This document shows positions 30,546-40,446 of a stretch of DNA of 57,670 bases, piece by piece. The position numbers and the translations under genes were made by a program. Location: assembly GCA_009699015.1 (NCBI GenBank), contig WLOY01000005.1, positions 1 to 57,670 on the forward strand, written 5' to 3'. This DNA comes from Actinomycetota bacterium. GTDB lineage: Bacteria > Actinomycetota > Actinomycetes > S36-B12. The stretch's first letter is position 1. The number at the start of each line of letters is the position of its first letter. Under the pieces are notes generated by a model, which saw only the letters and a program-made list of their open reading frames with translations, did not search any database and was not told the DNA's origin.

Positions 30546-31304
30546 ATGTCCCGTCGCGCCCAATCCGTTCGCCGATCGGGCGGGACGATCGCTGTTGCGG
30601 CGCTCGCCGTCGCCGTCCTGTCGTCGTGCATGAACATCAACTACTCGCTCGTGGCGAACCCTGACGCGACGGTCAGCGGAACCCTGCAGCTGCAGGTTGC
30701 CAAGGAGGCTGCCTCAATGCTCGGCATCGCCACGGCCGAGGACCTCGCCACCCAACTGCAATCGGGGGAACTCACCGACGCAGGAGACTCCAAGGTCCTC
30801 GACAACTGCGTGCCGGGGTCGTCTGAGACCTACATCGTCTTGGACTGCGGCGTCACGAACGCACCACTCACCGACATTGACGATGGCTGGAGCCTGGTCC
30901 GCGAGGGCGACACGCTCGTCATGCACGTGCGGACCGACAGCGGAGCGACGGGGGAGGAGCCCACCGTCGACCTCGGGGAGGTCACGATCACAGTGACGTT
31001 CCCCGGCGACGTCGTCAGCGTCGAGGGCAACGGGGTCACGAAGACGGCGCCCGACACCATCGTCGCGAAGGGGTCGATCGACGAGACCTTGGACTTCACC
31101 GTGACAGCGTCGGCGCTGGGCGCCGGCGCGGGTGGCATGAGCCCGATCTGGATCCTCCTCGTCGGGTTCATCGTCGTCATCGGCGCCCTCGCGCTCCTAC
31201 TGTTCCTTCGGCGCCGGAGCGCATCGCCAGCGCCGGTCCCGGCCGATGGCGAGAAGCCGGCCGACGAGGGGACGCAGGTCGACGACACGAAGCAGGTCGA
31301 CTAG
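30546..31304 (+). CDS. LppM-like lipoprotein with C-terminal TM anchor
   Basis: Lipobox LSSC, NPDATVSG, VTFPGDV, TM followed by RRRS. Confidence 0.75.
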   Translation: MSRRAQSVRRSGGTIAVAALAVAVLSSCMNINYSLVANPDATVSGTLQLQVAKEAASMLGIATAEDLATQLQSGELTDAGDSKVLDNCVPGSSETYIVLDCGVTNAPLTDIDDGWSLVREGDTLVMHVRTDSGATGEEPTVDLGEVTITVTFPGDVVSVEGNGVTKTAPDTIVAKGSIDETLDFTVTASALGAGAGGMSPIWILLVGFIVVIGALALLLFLRRRSASPAPVPADGEKPADEGTQVDDTKQVD

Positions 31305-31313
31305 CCTCACCGC

Positions 31314-31799
31314 ATGCCCATCGCCACCGGAGACCGCATCCCTTCAGTCGACATCCGCCTCATGATCGATGGGGTCCCCGCCGTTGCGTCTGCGGCAGAG
31401 GTGCTCGGCCATGGCCAGGTCGTCCTGTTCGCTGTGCCCGGGGCATTCACGCCCGGGTGCTCGACTCGCCACCTGCCCGGCTACATCGAGCGGGCGGCGG
31501 AGATCTCCGCGAGGGGCGTCGACGTGATCGCCTGCATCTCGGTGAATGACGTCTTCGTCATGGACGCGTGGGGCAAGGCGCACGGCGTCGCCGAGACGTT
31601 CACGATGCTCGCCGACCCCGATGCCGCGTTCACGAGGGCGATCGGGATGGAGATCGACGCGTCGGGCTTCGGCCTGGGCGTGCGATCGAAGCGCTACGCC
31701 ATGGTCATCAGCGAGGGCGTCGTGACGACGCTGCTCGAGGAGGAGAACGGGCTGTCGATCATGAACAGCACCGCCGAGTGCGTGCTCGAGCGGCTCTGA
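31314..31799 (+). CDS. peroxiredoxin (Prx5/type II)
   Basis: VPGAFTPGCS, SVNDVFVM, RSKRYA. Confidence 0.93.
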   Translation: MPIATGDRIPSVDIRLMIDGVPAVASAAEVLGHGQVVLFAVPGAFTPGCSTRHLPGYIERAAEISARGVDVIACISVNDVFVMDAWGKAHGVAETFTMLADPDAAFTRAIGMEIDASGFGLGVRSKRYAMVISEGVVTTLLEEENGLSIMNSTAECVLERL

Positions 31800-31820
31800 C
31801 AACCCCTCATCTCTGCCCCG

Positions 31821-32894
31821 TCAGACCATGTCCGGGTAATGCAACCGCACGACCTCCGGATAGCTGCGCACGTAGTAGTTCCACATCTGCTCGCCGAAAA
31901 CCGGTGCCGGCGTGCTCGTCGTGCCCGACCCGCCAGCGAGCAGCTCATCGCGCTTTGCCATGAAGGCGGCATCGCGGTGGCGGGGGCTCGCCTGAACAGC
32001 CTCGGCGAATCTCGGGTCGAGGGCGATGGGGTCCAGGCTCGTGCGCAGGTCGGGGCCGTGGAAGTACGCCGACGAGTAGCGCTGGGATGACGTGATGACC
32101 CGATGGGTGGTCGCGACGAGGTAGTTGCCGGTCATGGACTGCAGCATCTCGCCGAGGTTGATGACGAAGGCGCCGGGCGTGGGCGGGACATCGATCCAGT
32201 CGCCGTCGGGGTTCAGGGCCTGCAGCCCGCCGACCCCGTGCTGGAGCAGGATGGTGAGAAAGCCCGCATCGTGGTGCCCGTTGACGCCGGCCTGGCCATC
32301 TGGTGTCGGCGGGTATGAGATGAGCTTGGCGAAGGAGAGCGGCCGCTCCCCGAAGACGGTGCGAAATGCGCGGGGCTCGAGGCCCAGGCCCACGGCGAGC
32401 ACCTCCATGAGCTCATCGGCGAGGGCGCCCATTCGCTCGAGGAACTCGCTGACGATCGAGTGGAAGCCGGGGAGCACCGATTCGGGAAGCCACTGATTGG
32501 GTCCGTCGAGTCGCAGGTACGCCGGCAGTGCGTCGGGTGCGTAGGGCGAATGCTCGGTGGACAGGTCGAGCTGCTCCCGGTAGTCGACCCGGTTGTCGGT
32601 GAGCTCTGCGCCGACCTGCTCCCAGCCGCGAAAGTGCGGCGACTGGCGCTTGTCGATGAGGGCCTTGGCCGAGCCCGGCAGAGCGAAGAAGGATTCGAGG
32701 GCTGCGAAGTAGGCGGCGATGAACGAATCGTCGATGCCGTGATCGATGAGGGTGAAGAAGCCCACCTCGTGGCAGGCGCCGACGACCTGCTCGGCGAACG
32801 ACTGCCGGCCGTCGGGCCCTTGCCGCCACTCGGTGAGCGAGACGACAGGGATGTCGGTGAAAGCGGTGTCTGATGCGAGCGATGTCCCGGTCAC
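31821..32894 (-). CDS. isopenicillin N synthase-like 2OG-Fe(II) oxygenase
   Basis: VGFF...HGI, GPNQW, HHDAGFLTIL, NLGEML, ATTHRV, RYS. Confidence 0.9.
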   Translation of the reverse strand: MTGTSLASDTAFTDIPVVSLTEWRQGPDGRQSFAEQVVGACHEVGFFTLIDHGIDDSFIAAYFAALESFFALPGSAKALIDKRQSPHFRGWEQVGAELTDNRVDYREQLDLSTEHSPYAPDALPAYLRLDGPNQWLPESVLPGFHSIVSEFLERMGALADELMEVLAVGLGLEPRAFRTVFGERPLSFAKLISYPPTPDGQAGVNGHHDAGFLTILLQHGVGGLQALNPDGDWIDVPPTPGAFVINLGEMLQSMTGNYLVATTHRVITSSQRYSSAYFHGPDLRTSLDPIALDPRFAEAVQASPRHRDAAFMAKRDELLAGGSGTTSTPAPVFGEQMWNYYVRSYPEVVRLHYPDMV

Positions 32895-32903
32895 CCTTGG
32901 AAC

Positions 32904-33482
32904 CTACCCCATGGTGGCCTGGAGGCCTTCGAAGAGGAGCCAGGCTCCGAAGGCGAAGAACAGCACGGCAGCGCCGATCCGGATGACCCGCTCCGGCAGC
33001 GCCTTGCCCAGCAGGGCTCCCACGCCGATGGCGAGCGCATCGGCGGCGACCATGCCCAGTGTCGAACCGATCCAGGTGCCGAACCAGCCCTCTGTCGTGG
33101 CGAGCGTGACGGTTGCGAGCATCGTCTTGTCGCCGAGCTCGGCGAGGAAGAACGCGATCGCGACGGCGAAGAACGCCGACCGGGTGCTGCGCTGGGCCTT
33201 GGTCTCCTCCTCCTCGCTGAGCTTGTCCCCGCGAAGGGTCCACAGGCCGAAGGCGATGAAGGCGACGCCGGCAAGGATGCTGATGGGCCCTGTTGGCAGG
33301 GCGAGGCCGACGACGTTGCCGAGTGCCACCGAGAACAGGTGGACGACCGCGGTCGCTGCGGTGATGGCGCCGATGACCGTCCAGAATCGATAGCGCGTCG
33401 CGAATGTCATGGCCATGAGCTGGGACTTGTCGCCGAGCTCCGCGACGAAGATGACGACGAAGCTCAGGAGGAATGCGTTCAT
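32904..33482 (-). CDS. TMEM165/GDT1 (UPF0016) Mn2+/Ca2+ transporter
   Basis: Two ELGDK(S/T) motifs, about 6 TM segments. Confidence 0.93.
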   Translation of the reverse strand: MNAFLLSFVVIFVAELGDKSQLMAMTFATRYRFWTVIGAITAATAVVHLFSVALGNVVGLALPTGPISILAGVAFIAFGLWTLRGDKLSEEEETKAQRSTRSAFFAVAIAFFLAELGDKTMLATVTLATTEGWFGTWIGSTLGMVAADALAIGVGALLGKALPERVIRIGAAVLFFAFGAWLLFEGLQATMG

Positions 33483-33621
33483 GGGGTTCGGATTCCTCAG
33501 GTTCTGTCGCAAAGGTCGGGCAGGTGCGGACGGGACCACACGCTATCGGGCCCAGCGCCGTCACCATGGCCGCGCGCGTGAAAGCACGGTTATGACGCGT
33601 GATTGGAGGCAGAATGAGGGG

Positions 33622-34191
33622 ATGAGGGTTGACTGCGCAGGTCGGCATGGGTGGCCCATCGCGTCGCACGGAAGGGGCATCGCGCTGCAACTGATCGTGG
33701 TGCTTGCCTGCAGCGGGCTCGTGACTGCATGCTCGGGGAAGGGTCCCACCGGGGTCCCGACTGCCAGCGCGACCGCGGGCCCCGCGGTCTTTGACGACGC
33801 GGTGATCGTCTACGACTTCTATGACTCGTCCGTGCCGCCTCCCTATCACCGGAGCCTGGAGCTCACCGTCGATGAGTCCCAGTCGCGGCTCGTCATCGAC
33901 AGCTACGGCGACGTGCTCGCGGACGAGTCGCGGCCCACCCCTCCCGAGGTCTGGAGTGCCCTCATCGACGGGCTTGCACCACTGGCGGCGCTACCGATCG
34001 ACGAGGCGCAGGAGGGGTGCGTGGGCGGGACAGGGGAGCGGGTGCGCGTGTCTTCGGGTGGGCAGGTGATCGTTGACCTCGCCGTTGACGAGTGCGCCGG
34101 GAGCAATGAGCTCGTGAGCGTTGCCATCGGTGCGTGGATCAATCCGGCACGTGAGGTCTTCCCTACGACGCAGGAGCTCGCACCGCGCTGA
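33622..34191 (+). CDS. hypothetical lipoprotein
   Basis: Lipobox LVTAC; DSSVPPPYHRS and GCVGG motifs. Start uncertain. Confidence 0.7.
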   Translation: MRVDCAGRHGWPIASHGRGIALQLIVVLACSGLVTACSGKGPTGVPTASATAGPAVFDDAVIVYDFYDSSVPPPYHRSLELTVDESQSRLVIDSYGDVLADESRPTPPEVWSALIDGLAPLAALPIDEAQEGCVGGTGERVRVSSGGQVIVDLAVDECAGSNELVSVAIGAWINPAREVFPTTQELAPR

Positions 34192-34344
34192 CCGATCATG
34201 ACCGGACGCACGTGATCGCGCAAGCACGTCCGCCCTTCGCCTGACCCGTCAACGAGCGTCGGCCGAGGCTACCGTTGGACGGACGTTGATCCGGGGCCGT
34301 CGGGCGCCGGGCCTCGTGGATTCGGGACTGGGGCGGGGGCGGAC

Positions 34345-37300
34345 ATGTCAGCGGAAGCGCGCAGTTCGGGCCCTGACTACGTCGTGGGAATCGGGTCCTC
34401 CGCAGGAGGCCTCGAGGCCCTCGAGGGGCTCGTGTCCGCACTTGAGCCCGGGCACCGCGCATCGATCGTCATCGCGCAGCATCTCGCGCCGCAGCACCCG
34501 AGCTTGCTCACCGACCTCCTCGCGCGCAACACGTCGCTGAAGGTCGTCACGGCGGTTGATGACACCCCCCTGGAGGCGGGCGTGATCGCCATCGCTCCGC
34601 CCGGCCACGACATCCTCGTGACCGAAAGCACGATCAGGGTGGTCGATAACGAGTCCGAGATCGGGCCGAAACCGAACATCGATCGCTTCCTCGATTCGAT
34701 CGCCCAGACCTGGGGCGAGCGCGGGGTCGGCGTCATCCTCTCCGGCACCGGCACCGACGGCGCCTATGGCATGCGCGCCATCAAGGCGGCCGACGGCCTC
34801 ACGATCGTGCAGTCGCCGCAGACTGCGAAGTTCGAGGGCATGCCTCGGGCCTCCCTCGCGTTCGGCGTGGGAGACCTCGTGATCACGCCCTCGGAGATTG
34901 GCGAGCGGATCAGCCGTCTCGGTTCCGCCGAAGCCGACTGGGTCGGTGAGATCCTGTTGGTTCCGGGACCCGACGTCATGACAAGCATCATCGCCGAGGT
35001 CAGGAGATCGACCGGAGTCGACTTCTCTCGCTACAAGGAGTCGACGCTCCAACGGCAGATCCAGCGGCGGATGACGATCCTGCAGGTGGCCGACATCGAC
35101 GACTACCTTCCGCTGCTCCTCGCCGATCAATCCGAGTCCCTTGCACTGATGAACGGGATGCTCGTCACGGTGACCTCGTTCTTCAGGGATGCCGACGCCT
35201 TCGCCGCACTCCGGGAGCAGCTGCGCCCGCTGGTCAGCGAGTTCCCCCCAACCCAGCAGATGAGGATCTGGGTCCCGGGATGCGCGACGGGCGAGGAGGT
35301 CTACTCCATCGCGATGATCGTGAGCTCGCTGCTCGGGGATCCCATCGACCTGGCCAATCGACTGAAGATCTTTGGCACCGATCTCGATGAGGCGGCGCTC
35401 GGGGTGGCGCGCCGCGGCGCCTATCCGATTGTCTCCCTGTCGAGCGTCCCCGAGGAATTGAGGCCCCGCTACCTCATTGCTTCACAGCAGGGCGTCGAGG
35501 TCACGTCCGAGCTTCGTGATGTCGTCGTCTTCGCCCGGCACAACGTCGCCCAGGATCCCCCGTTCGCCCGGCTCGACGTCATCTCGTGCCGCAACACCCT
35601 CATCTACTTCACCGCGCCGCTCCAGCACCGGGTGCTGCAGATGTTCGCCTACGCCCTTCGACCCGGGGGCCTGCTCTTCCTCGGCGCCTCCGAGGCACTC
35701 GCCGCTGACGCGGCCGGATTCGACACGATCGACGCCGTGCATCGCATCTTCGTGCGCACGCGCGAGATGGTGACGCCGCGCAGGGCGTACCTCCCCGGCC
35801 CAGTCCCGCGGATTCGTGAGGCAGCACGGCAGCCGCTGAGGCTCACTGCGGACACCATCCTGCCCCTCGACACCCACCTTTCGGTGCTAGAGGCGCTGGC
35901 CTGGACCCGGAATGCGCCGTGCCTCGTGCTGAACGAGCGGCACGAGGTCGTGGAGGTCGTCGGCGACGTCCAGCAGTTCTGTCGGATCCCGCAGGGCAGG
36001 CCGTCTGTCGCCGTCGCATCGCTCCTGCGTCCGGAGTTCGAATCCGAGGCTCGGGCGCTCCTCCTCGTGCTTCGGTCGAAGGGCGAACGGGTGTCGAGTC
36101 GGCCCCTGCTGGTCGCCGGCGCCGAGCACGCCACGCGGATGGTCGCCGCCCCGCTCATCGTCGGGGAGCGTGTCATGACCGTGCTGGAGTTCGTCGCCGA
36201 GGACATCGAGGTCGCTCTACCTGTCCAGATAGGCGATCGTGGGCCTGAGTTCGACGCGGAGCTGGCCCGGCTCGAGCAGGAACTCGTGAAGAGCCAGGAG
36301 TCGCTCGAGGGATCGCTGTCGGATCTCGAGACGGCGCATGAGGAATTGCTCGCGTCGAATGAGGAGCTCCAGGCGTCGTCGGAGGAACTGCAATCCTCTT
36401 ACGAGGAACTCGCGACCTCGAATGAGGAGCTGCAGGCGAGCAATGAAGAGCTCTCGACTGCGAACATCGAGCTCCGCAGCCGGGCCGATGAGCTTGACCG
36501 CAGCCGCCGTCAGTCCGATGCGCAGCTCTTGGATTTCGAGCGGGTCACCGATGCACTAGAGGAGGTCGTCTGGCAGCGCGATCCCACGCTCGGCAGGCTC
36601 CTGTATGTGAGCAAGGGAGTCGAGCATCTTTTGGGGGTGACCGTCGAAAGCCTTGGAAGTGACGCGGACCGAATCGATGAATTCATCGTCGAGGAGGACC
36701 GTGATCGGGTCATGTCGGCGAGGGGGGACGGACGCCGGCCGTGGTCGGTCGAATTCCGCGTGCAGGCGACCGATGGCACGGTCCGATGGGTCACTGAGCG
36801 GGCATCGCTCGTCACCGATGTCACCGGCGGCGACCGAGTCGTCGCAACGATGGTCGACATCACCGAGCAGGTGCGCAGTATGGAGAGCGAGCACGATCAG
36901 CGCATCGTCTTCGAGGCGGTCTTCCGAGCCCCGTTCGTCGGGGTGGCCATCATCGACAGTGATGAGCGCATCCTCCTGGCCAATGATCAGCTGTGTGAGC
37001 TGCTGGGCTACGCCGCCGACTCCATCCTGGGCGTGCCCCTAGCTGCCCTCGGCTATGTCGCCGCGGAGAATGCAGTCGACGACGCTCCCTCCGTCGGTGC
37101 GGGCGCGGCGGAGAACGCGAACGGGAACGCGAACGGGAACGCGAACGGGAACGGCTGGCAGCATCAGAACGTGGGCGGGCTCCCGGCGCGCCAGCTCATC
37201 CGCCGCGACGGATCCTCGTGCTGGGCGAATGTCGAGGTTCACGTCCTCAATGGCGGAGTGGGCAAGGCCTCATCGATGTTCATCGTCCGCGACGTCACTG

Positions 37301-38631
37301 AACTGCGCGAGCAGACCGTTGAGCTTTCGCGGCGTGCGAGCACCGATGCCGGGACCGGCCTGCTCAACCGTGACCACTTCCAGCAGACCCTTGCCCGCCA
37401 CATGGCCAGGTGCGAGACCCAGGGAACATCAGTTGCACTCGTCTGGGTCGACATCGACCAGTTCAAGGACGTCAACGACCGCTACGGTCATGCCGCAGGC
37501 GATGAGGTGCTGCGCTGCAGCGCCGAGCGGATGGAATCCACGGTGCGATCCAATGACATCGTCGGCCGGCTCGGCGGGGATGAATTCGGGGTCATCCTCG
37601 CCCACTTCGAGTCGGCTTCAGAGCTCGAGGTGGTGCTCGAGCGGATGCTCATGGCCCTTCGGTTGCCGATCTCCGTCGGAGAGGCAGACGTCGTCATCTC
37701 AGGCAGCATGGGAGTGGCGGTGTACCCCGAGGACGGACTCACCCCCGAGGATCTCATGAGGTCGGCCGACGCAGCGATGTACGCCATCAAGAAGCGAACC
37801 GGCGACGGGTACGAGTACTTTCGCGCGGACCTCACCCGGGAGGCGGAGATCCGCCGTCACCTGCGCTCGGACCTCGGCGACGCGATCCGCGATGAGGCCT
37901 TCTCCCTCCACTACCAGCCCATCGTCTCGGCGGTCAGCGGCGAGGTGTGGGGCGTTGAGGCGCTCATGCGCTGGCATCGCGACGGCGAGATCGTCGCGGC
38001 AGAGGAGTTCATTGCCTTCTGCGAGTCAACCGGGCAGATCCGGGCCCTCGCACCTCTCACCTTCCGCAGGCTGCGGGAGGACCTCGAGGTATTCCGGGCG
38101 AGCGGAAGCGAGGTCGGCCGGGCCTGCGTGAACGTCTCGGTCTCGCAGCTCGAGGACAAGGACTTCACCTCCCTCATGAAATGGTGGCCGTCCCCGACAG
38201 GGCTCTCCGGGGTCGTCATGGAGATCACCGAGTCCATCTTCCTGCCGGATCACCAGCGCTCCTTCAACGCAATCGAGCTGCTCAGCAGGCTCGGAGCAGA
38301 GATCAGCGTCGACGATTTCGGTTCCGGATACTCCAATCTCATGCTCCTAGAGGCGCTGTCGCCGAAGTGCATCAAGCTCGACAAGTCGTTCCTCGGGACG
38401 CGGGCCGGTTCGCGCAACGGCAGGGAGCTGATCACCGCCGCCGTCGACATGGGGCATGCGCTCCAGTCCATTGTCATCGCAGAGGGGATCGAGACCGACG
38501 ATCAGTTGCATACGGTCCGCGAGATCGGCGCCGATCTCGTCCAGGGATACGCGATCGCCATGCCGATGCCCCGTGATGAGCTCATCGAGTGGCTTCGCGA
38601 CCGGAGCCCTGTCGCTGCCGGACCCGCGTGA
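34345..38631 (+). CDS. CheB-CheR-PAS-GGDEF-EAL fusion protein
   Basis: GSSAGG/QH/GTGTDG (CheB); WVPGCATGEE, CRNTLIYF (CheR); NEEL heptads; PAS domains; RSND...GGDEF; EALMRW, DDFGSGYS. Confidence 0.93.
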   Translation: MSAEARSSGPDYVVGIGSSAGGLEALEGLVSALEPGHRASIVIAQHLAPQHPSLLTDLLARNTSLKVVTAVDDTPLEAGVIAIAPPGHDILVTESTIRVVDNESEIGPKPNIDRFLDSIAQTWGERGVGVILSGTGTDGAYGMRAIKAADGLTIVQSPQTAKFEGMPRASLAFGVGDLVITPSEIGERISRLGSAEADWVGEILLVPGPDVMTSIIAEVRRSTGVDFSRYKESTLQRQIQRRMTILQVADIDDYLPLLLADQSESLALMNGMLVTVTSFFRDADAFAALREQLRPLVSEFPPTQQMRIWVPGCATGEEVYSIAMIVSSLLGDPIDLANRLKIFGTDLDEAALGVARRGAYPIVSLSSVPEELRPRYLIASQQGVEVTSELRDVVVFARHNVAQDPPFARLDVISCRNTLIYFTAPLQHRVLQMFAYALRPGGLLFLGASEALAADAAGFDTIDAVHRIFVRTREMVTPRRAYLPGPVPRIREAARQPLRLTADTILPLDTHLSVLEALAWTRNAPCLVLNERHEVVEVVGDVQQFCRIPQGRPSVAVASLLRPEFESEARALLLVLRSKGERVSSRPLLVAGAEHATRMVAAPLIVGERVMTVLEFVAEDIEVALPVQIGDRGPEFDAELARLEQELVKSQESLEGSLSDLETAHEELLASNEELQASSEELQSSYEELATSNEELQASNEELSTANIELRSRADELDRSRRQSDAQLLDFERVTDALEEVVWQRDPTLGRLLYVSKGVEHLLGVTVESLGSDADRIDEFIVEEDRDRVMSARGDGRRPWSVEFRVQATDGTVRWVTERASLVTDVTGGDRVVATMVDITEQVRSMESEHDQRIVFEAVFRAPFVGVAIIDSDERILLANDQLCELLGYAADSILGVPLAALGYVAAENAVDDAPSVGAGAAENANGNANGNANGNGWQHQNVGGLPARQLIRRDGSSCWANVEVHVLNGGVGKASSMFIVRDVTELREQTVELSRRASTDAGTGLLNRDHFQQTLARHMARCETQGTSVALVWVDIDQFKDVNDRYGHAAGDEVLRCSAERMESTVRSNDIVGRLGGDEFGVILAHFESASELEVVLERMLMALRLPISVGEADVVISGSMGVAVYPEDGLTPEDLMRSADAAMYAIKKRTGDGYEYFRADLTREAEIRRHLRSDLGDAIRDEAFSLHYQPIVSAVSGEVWGVEALMRWHRDGEIVAAEEFIAFCESTGQIRALAPLTFRRLREDLEVFRASGSEVGRACVNVSVSQLEDKDFTSLMKWWPSPTGLSGVVMEITESIFLPDHQRSFNAIELLSRLGAEISVDDFGSGYSNLMLLEALSPKCIKLDKSFLGTRAGSRNGRELITAAVDMGHALQSIVIAEGIETDDQLHTVREIGADLVQGYAIAMPMPRDELIEWLRDRSPVAAGPA
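37117..37152 (+). repeat. in-frame 12-bp repeat (ANGN x3)
   Basis: GCGAACGGGAAC x3. Confidence 0.9.
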
Positions 38632-38735
38632 GAGGCGACCGCATCCTCATTCACTAGCAGGTCAGTGGCCGGTCACCACCTGGTCAGCCGATACTCGTTG
38701 GGACGGCGGGCGTCTGCCGCCCCGTGGGTTGAGGA

Positions 38736-39824
38736 GTGACGATGATGCGACGCCGAAGGGTGGGCGCTACTGCGCCGGCCAGCAGGCTGGTGCTTTCCGC
38801 GGTTTCGATGGGCGTCGTGCTCCTTGCAGCCCTGCTGATTGCCGCCGTGCTGATTGCCGCCGCTCCTGGGGCGGCAGCCAGCCCTGTCGTGGCGACGGAG
38901 CCCGGCGACCGGGCGCAGGTCATCGAACGGTACCGGTCGGTGCTGGAGCCGCTCCTGCGGATCCCGACCGGATTCTCGGGCAATGTCGCGGGCTGCGACC
39001 CCGGGACCATCTCGCAGGCGAATGCCGATGCCACGCTGGCGGCGGTGAACTACGTGCGCGGCCTGGCCCAACTGCCACCCGTGGTCCTCAACCCGAGAAG
39101 GAGCGCAGAAGCCCAGGCATCCGCGCTCATCATGGCCGCGAACGGCTCGCTCACGCATGCCCCCGAGAAGGACGCAAGATGCTGGACGAAGGCCGGGTAC
39201 GACGGAGCAAGCCATGGCAATCTCTCCCTCGGCTGGTCGGATCCCCCCGCCGCGGTACCGCAGTCGACCGGACCCCGCGCTGTCCTCGGCTACATGGAGG
39301 ATCCGGGCGCCTCGAATGACTTCGCCGGCCACCGGCGCTGGCTGCTCTGGCAGGGGCTCGCGGAGATCGGCACGGGCGACACCGACGTCTCGAACACGAT
39401 CGTCGTGATCCCCGAGGACTTCGCGGCCCACCGAGGCACGGCCTGGGTGCCGTGGCCGTCAGCCGGCGCCTTCCCCCGCGAGCTCGAGCCGAGCGGGCGC
39501 TGGTCGCTCTCCTACCCGAACGCCGACTTCAGTCGTGCCCGGATCAAGATGACCGGACCTGACGGCACGTCGATCAAGGTGCGCGTGAATCCGATCCGAA
39601 GCGGCTACGCGGACAACACCATCGTGTGGGAGGCGGCGCTGCCGAGTTCCTACCGGTCGGCCCCCGACGTCGACTATCCGGTGACTGTCACGGTCTCAGG
39701 CGTGCGCCTGCCCGGCGGCAAGGTGGTGAAGCGGACGTGGACGACGACCCTCGTCCGGGCGACATCGGGCCCATCGCTGCGTGCTCGGCCCGGTGGACTC
39801 GAGGCTGTCCTCGTGCGACGGTGA
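38736..39824 (+). CDS. secreted CAP/SCP-domain protein
   Basis: Signal peptide, VNYVRGLAQL, LTH, NL, GHRRWLL. Confidence 0.85.
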   Translation: MTMMRRRRVGATAPASRLVLSAVSMGVVLLAALLIAAVLIAAAPGAAASPVVATEPGDRAQVIERYRSVLEPLLRIPTGFSGNVAGCDPGTISQANADATLAAVNYVRGLAQLPPVVLNPRRSAEAQASALIMAANGSLTHAPEKDARCWTKAGYDGASHGNLSLGWSDPPAAVPQSTGPRAVLGYMEDPGASNDFAGHRRWLLWQGLAEIGTGDTDVSNTIVVIPEDFAAHRGTAWVPWPSAGAFPRELEPSGRWSLSYPNADFSRARIKMTGPDGTSIKVRVNPIRSGYADNTIVWEAALPSSYRSAPDVDYPVTVTVSGVRLPGGKVVKRTWTTTLVRATSGPSLRARPGGLEAVLVRR

Positions 39825-39909
39825 TAGGTACCATCGAGGCCTGCACAGGGGCCCACTCCTTCACGTTCAGCACGCGCAGTCTTCGGATCAGCCAATCGAC
39901 AGGGAGCAC

Positions 39910-40401
39910 ATGATGTCCAGTCCTGAGAAGTCCAGCGAGTCGATCGCCTACCTGCCCGGCGCGAGTGCCAATGACAACGCGCCGGGATTCGCCCCCGTGC
40001 CGGCGGGCGTCGAGCCACCGGTCGCCGAGGCCCCTGCTGCAGCGGCCGAGGAGGTGCCCGAGGCAGATCCGCAGGCGCGGCTCGCCGAACTCGAGAGCAG
40101 GCTCGCCGAGATCGCCGCCGACCGGGATGACCTCCGCGCGCAGCGAGACAAGCTCCGCGATGAGGTGCTCGAACTACCGGAGGAGCTCGAGGCCATCGCG
40201 AACTCGCGGGCCTTTCGCATCATGAAGTCCGGCCCGCTCCTTGCGATGCGCCAGCCGCTCTCGACCCTGCTCGTCGTCAGCAGCATGGGCCTGCTCACGA
40301 ACCTGTGGTCGTTCACGCCGGCCGCGACATCGATCTACATCGGTGTCGGCTCCGTCGTCCTCCTCGTGTCGGCGCTCCAGTTCTGGGCCAGCCACGACTG
40401 A
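39910..40401 (+). CDS. hypothetical coiled-coil membrane protein
   Basis: RBS AGGGAG; disordered N-terminus, heptad coil, two C-terminal TM segments. Confidence 0.65.
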   Translation: MMSSPEKSSESIAYLPGASANDNAPGFAPVPAGVEPPVAEAPAAAAEEVPEADPQARLAELESRLAEIAADRDDLRAQRDKLRDEVLELPEELEAIANSRAFRIMKSGPLLAMRQPLSTLLVVSSMGLLTNLWSFTPAATSIYIGVGSVVLLVSALQFWASHD

Positions 40402-40446
40402 TCGCCCGGTCCGCGGTCGGCGCCGGCCCGACCGTTCGGGGCGTTC

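Noticed and set aside
33483-33620. yybP-ykoY Mn riboswitch expected upstream of a GDT1 gene
   Set aside because: The characteristic GGGGAGUA-like segment was not found by eye; an Infernal scan with the Rfam yybP-ykoY model would settle it.
34192-34344. c-di-GMP riboswitch near the GGDEF genes (also 44981-45154)
   Set aside because: No recognisable GEMM consensus.
36330-36470. 21-bp periodic repeat (NEELQAS)
   Set aside because: Standard coiled coil of CheB/CheR fusion proteins.
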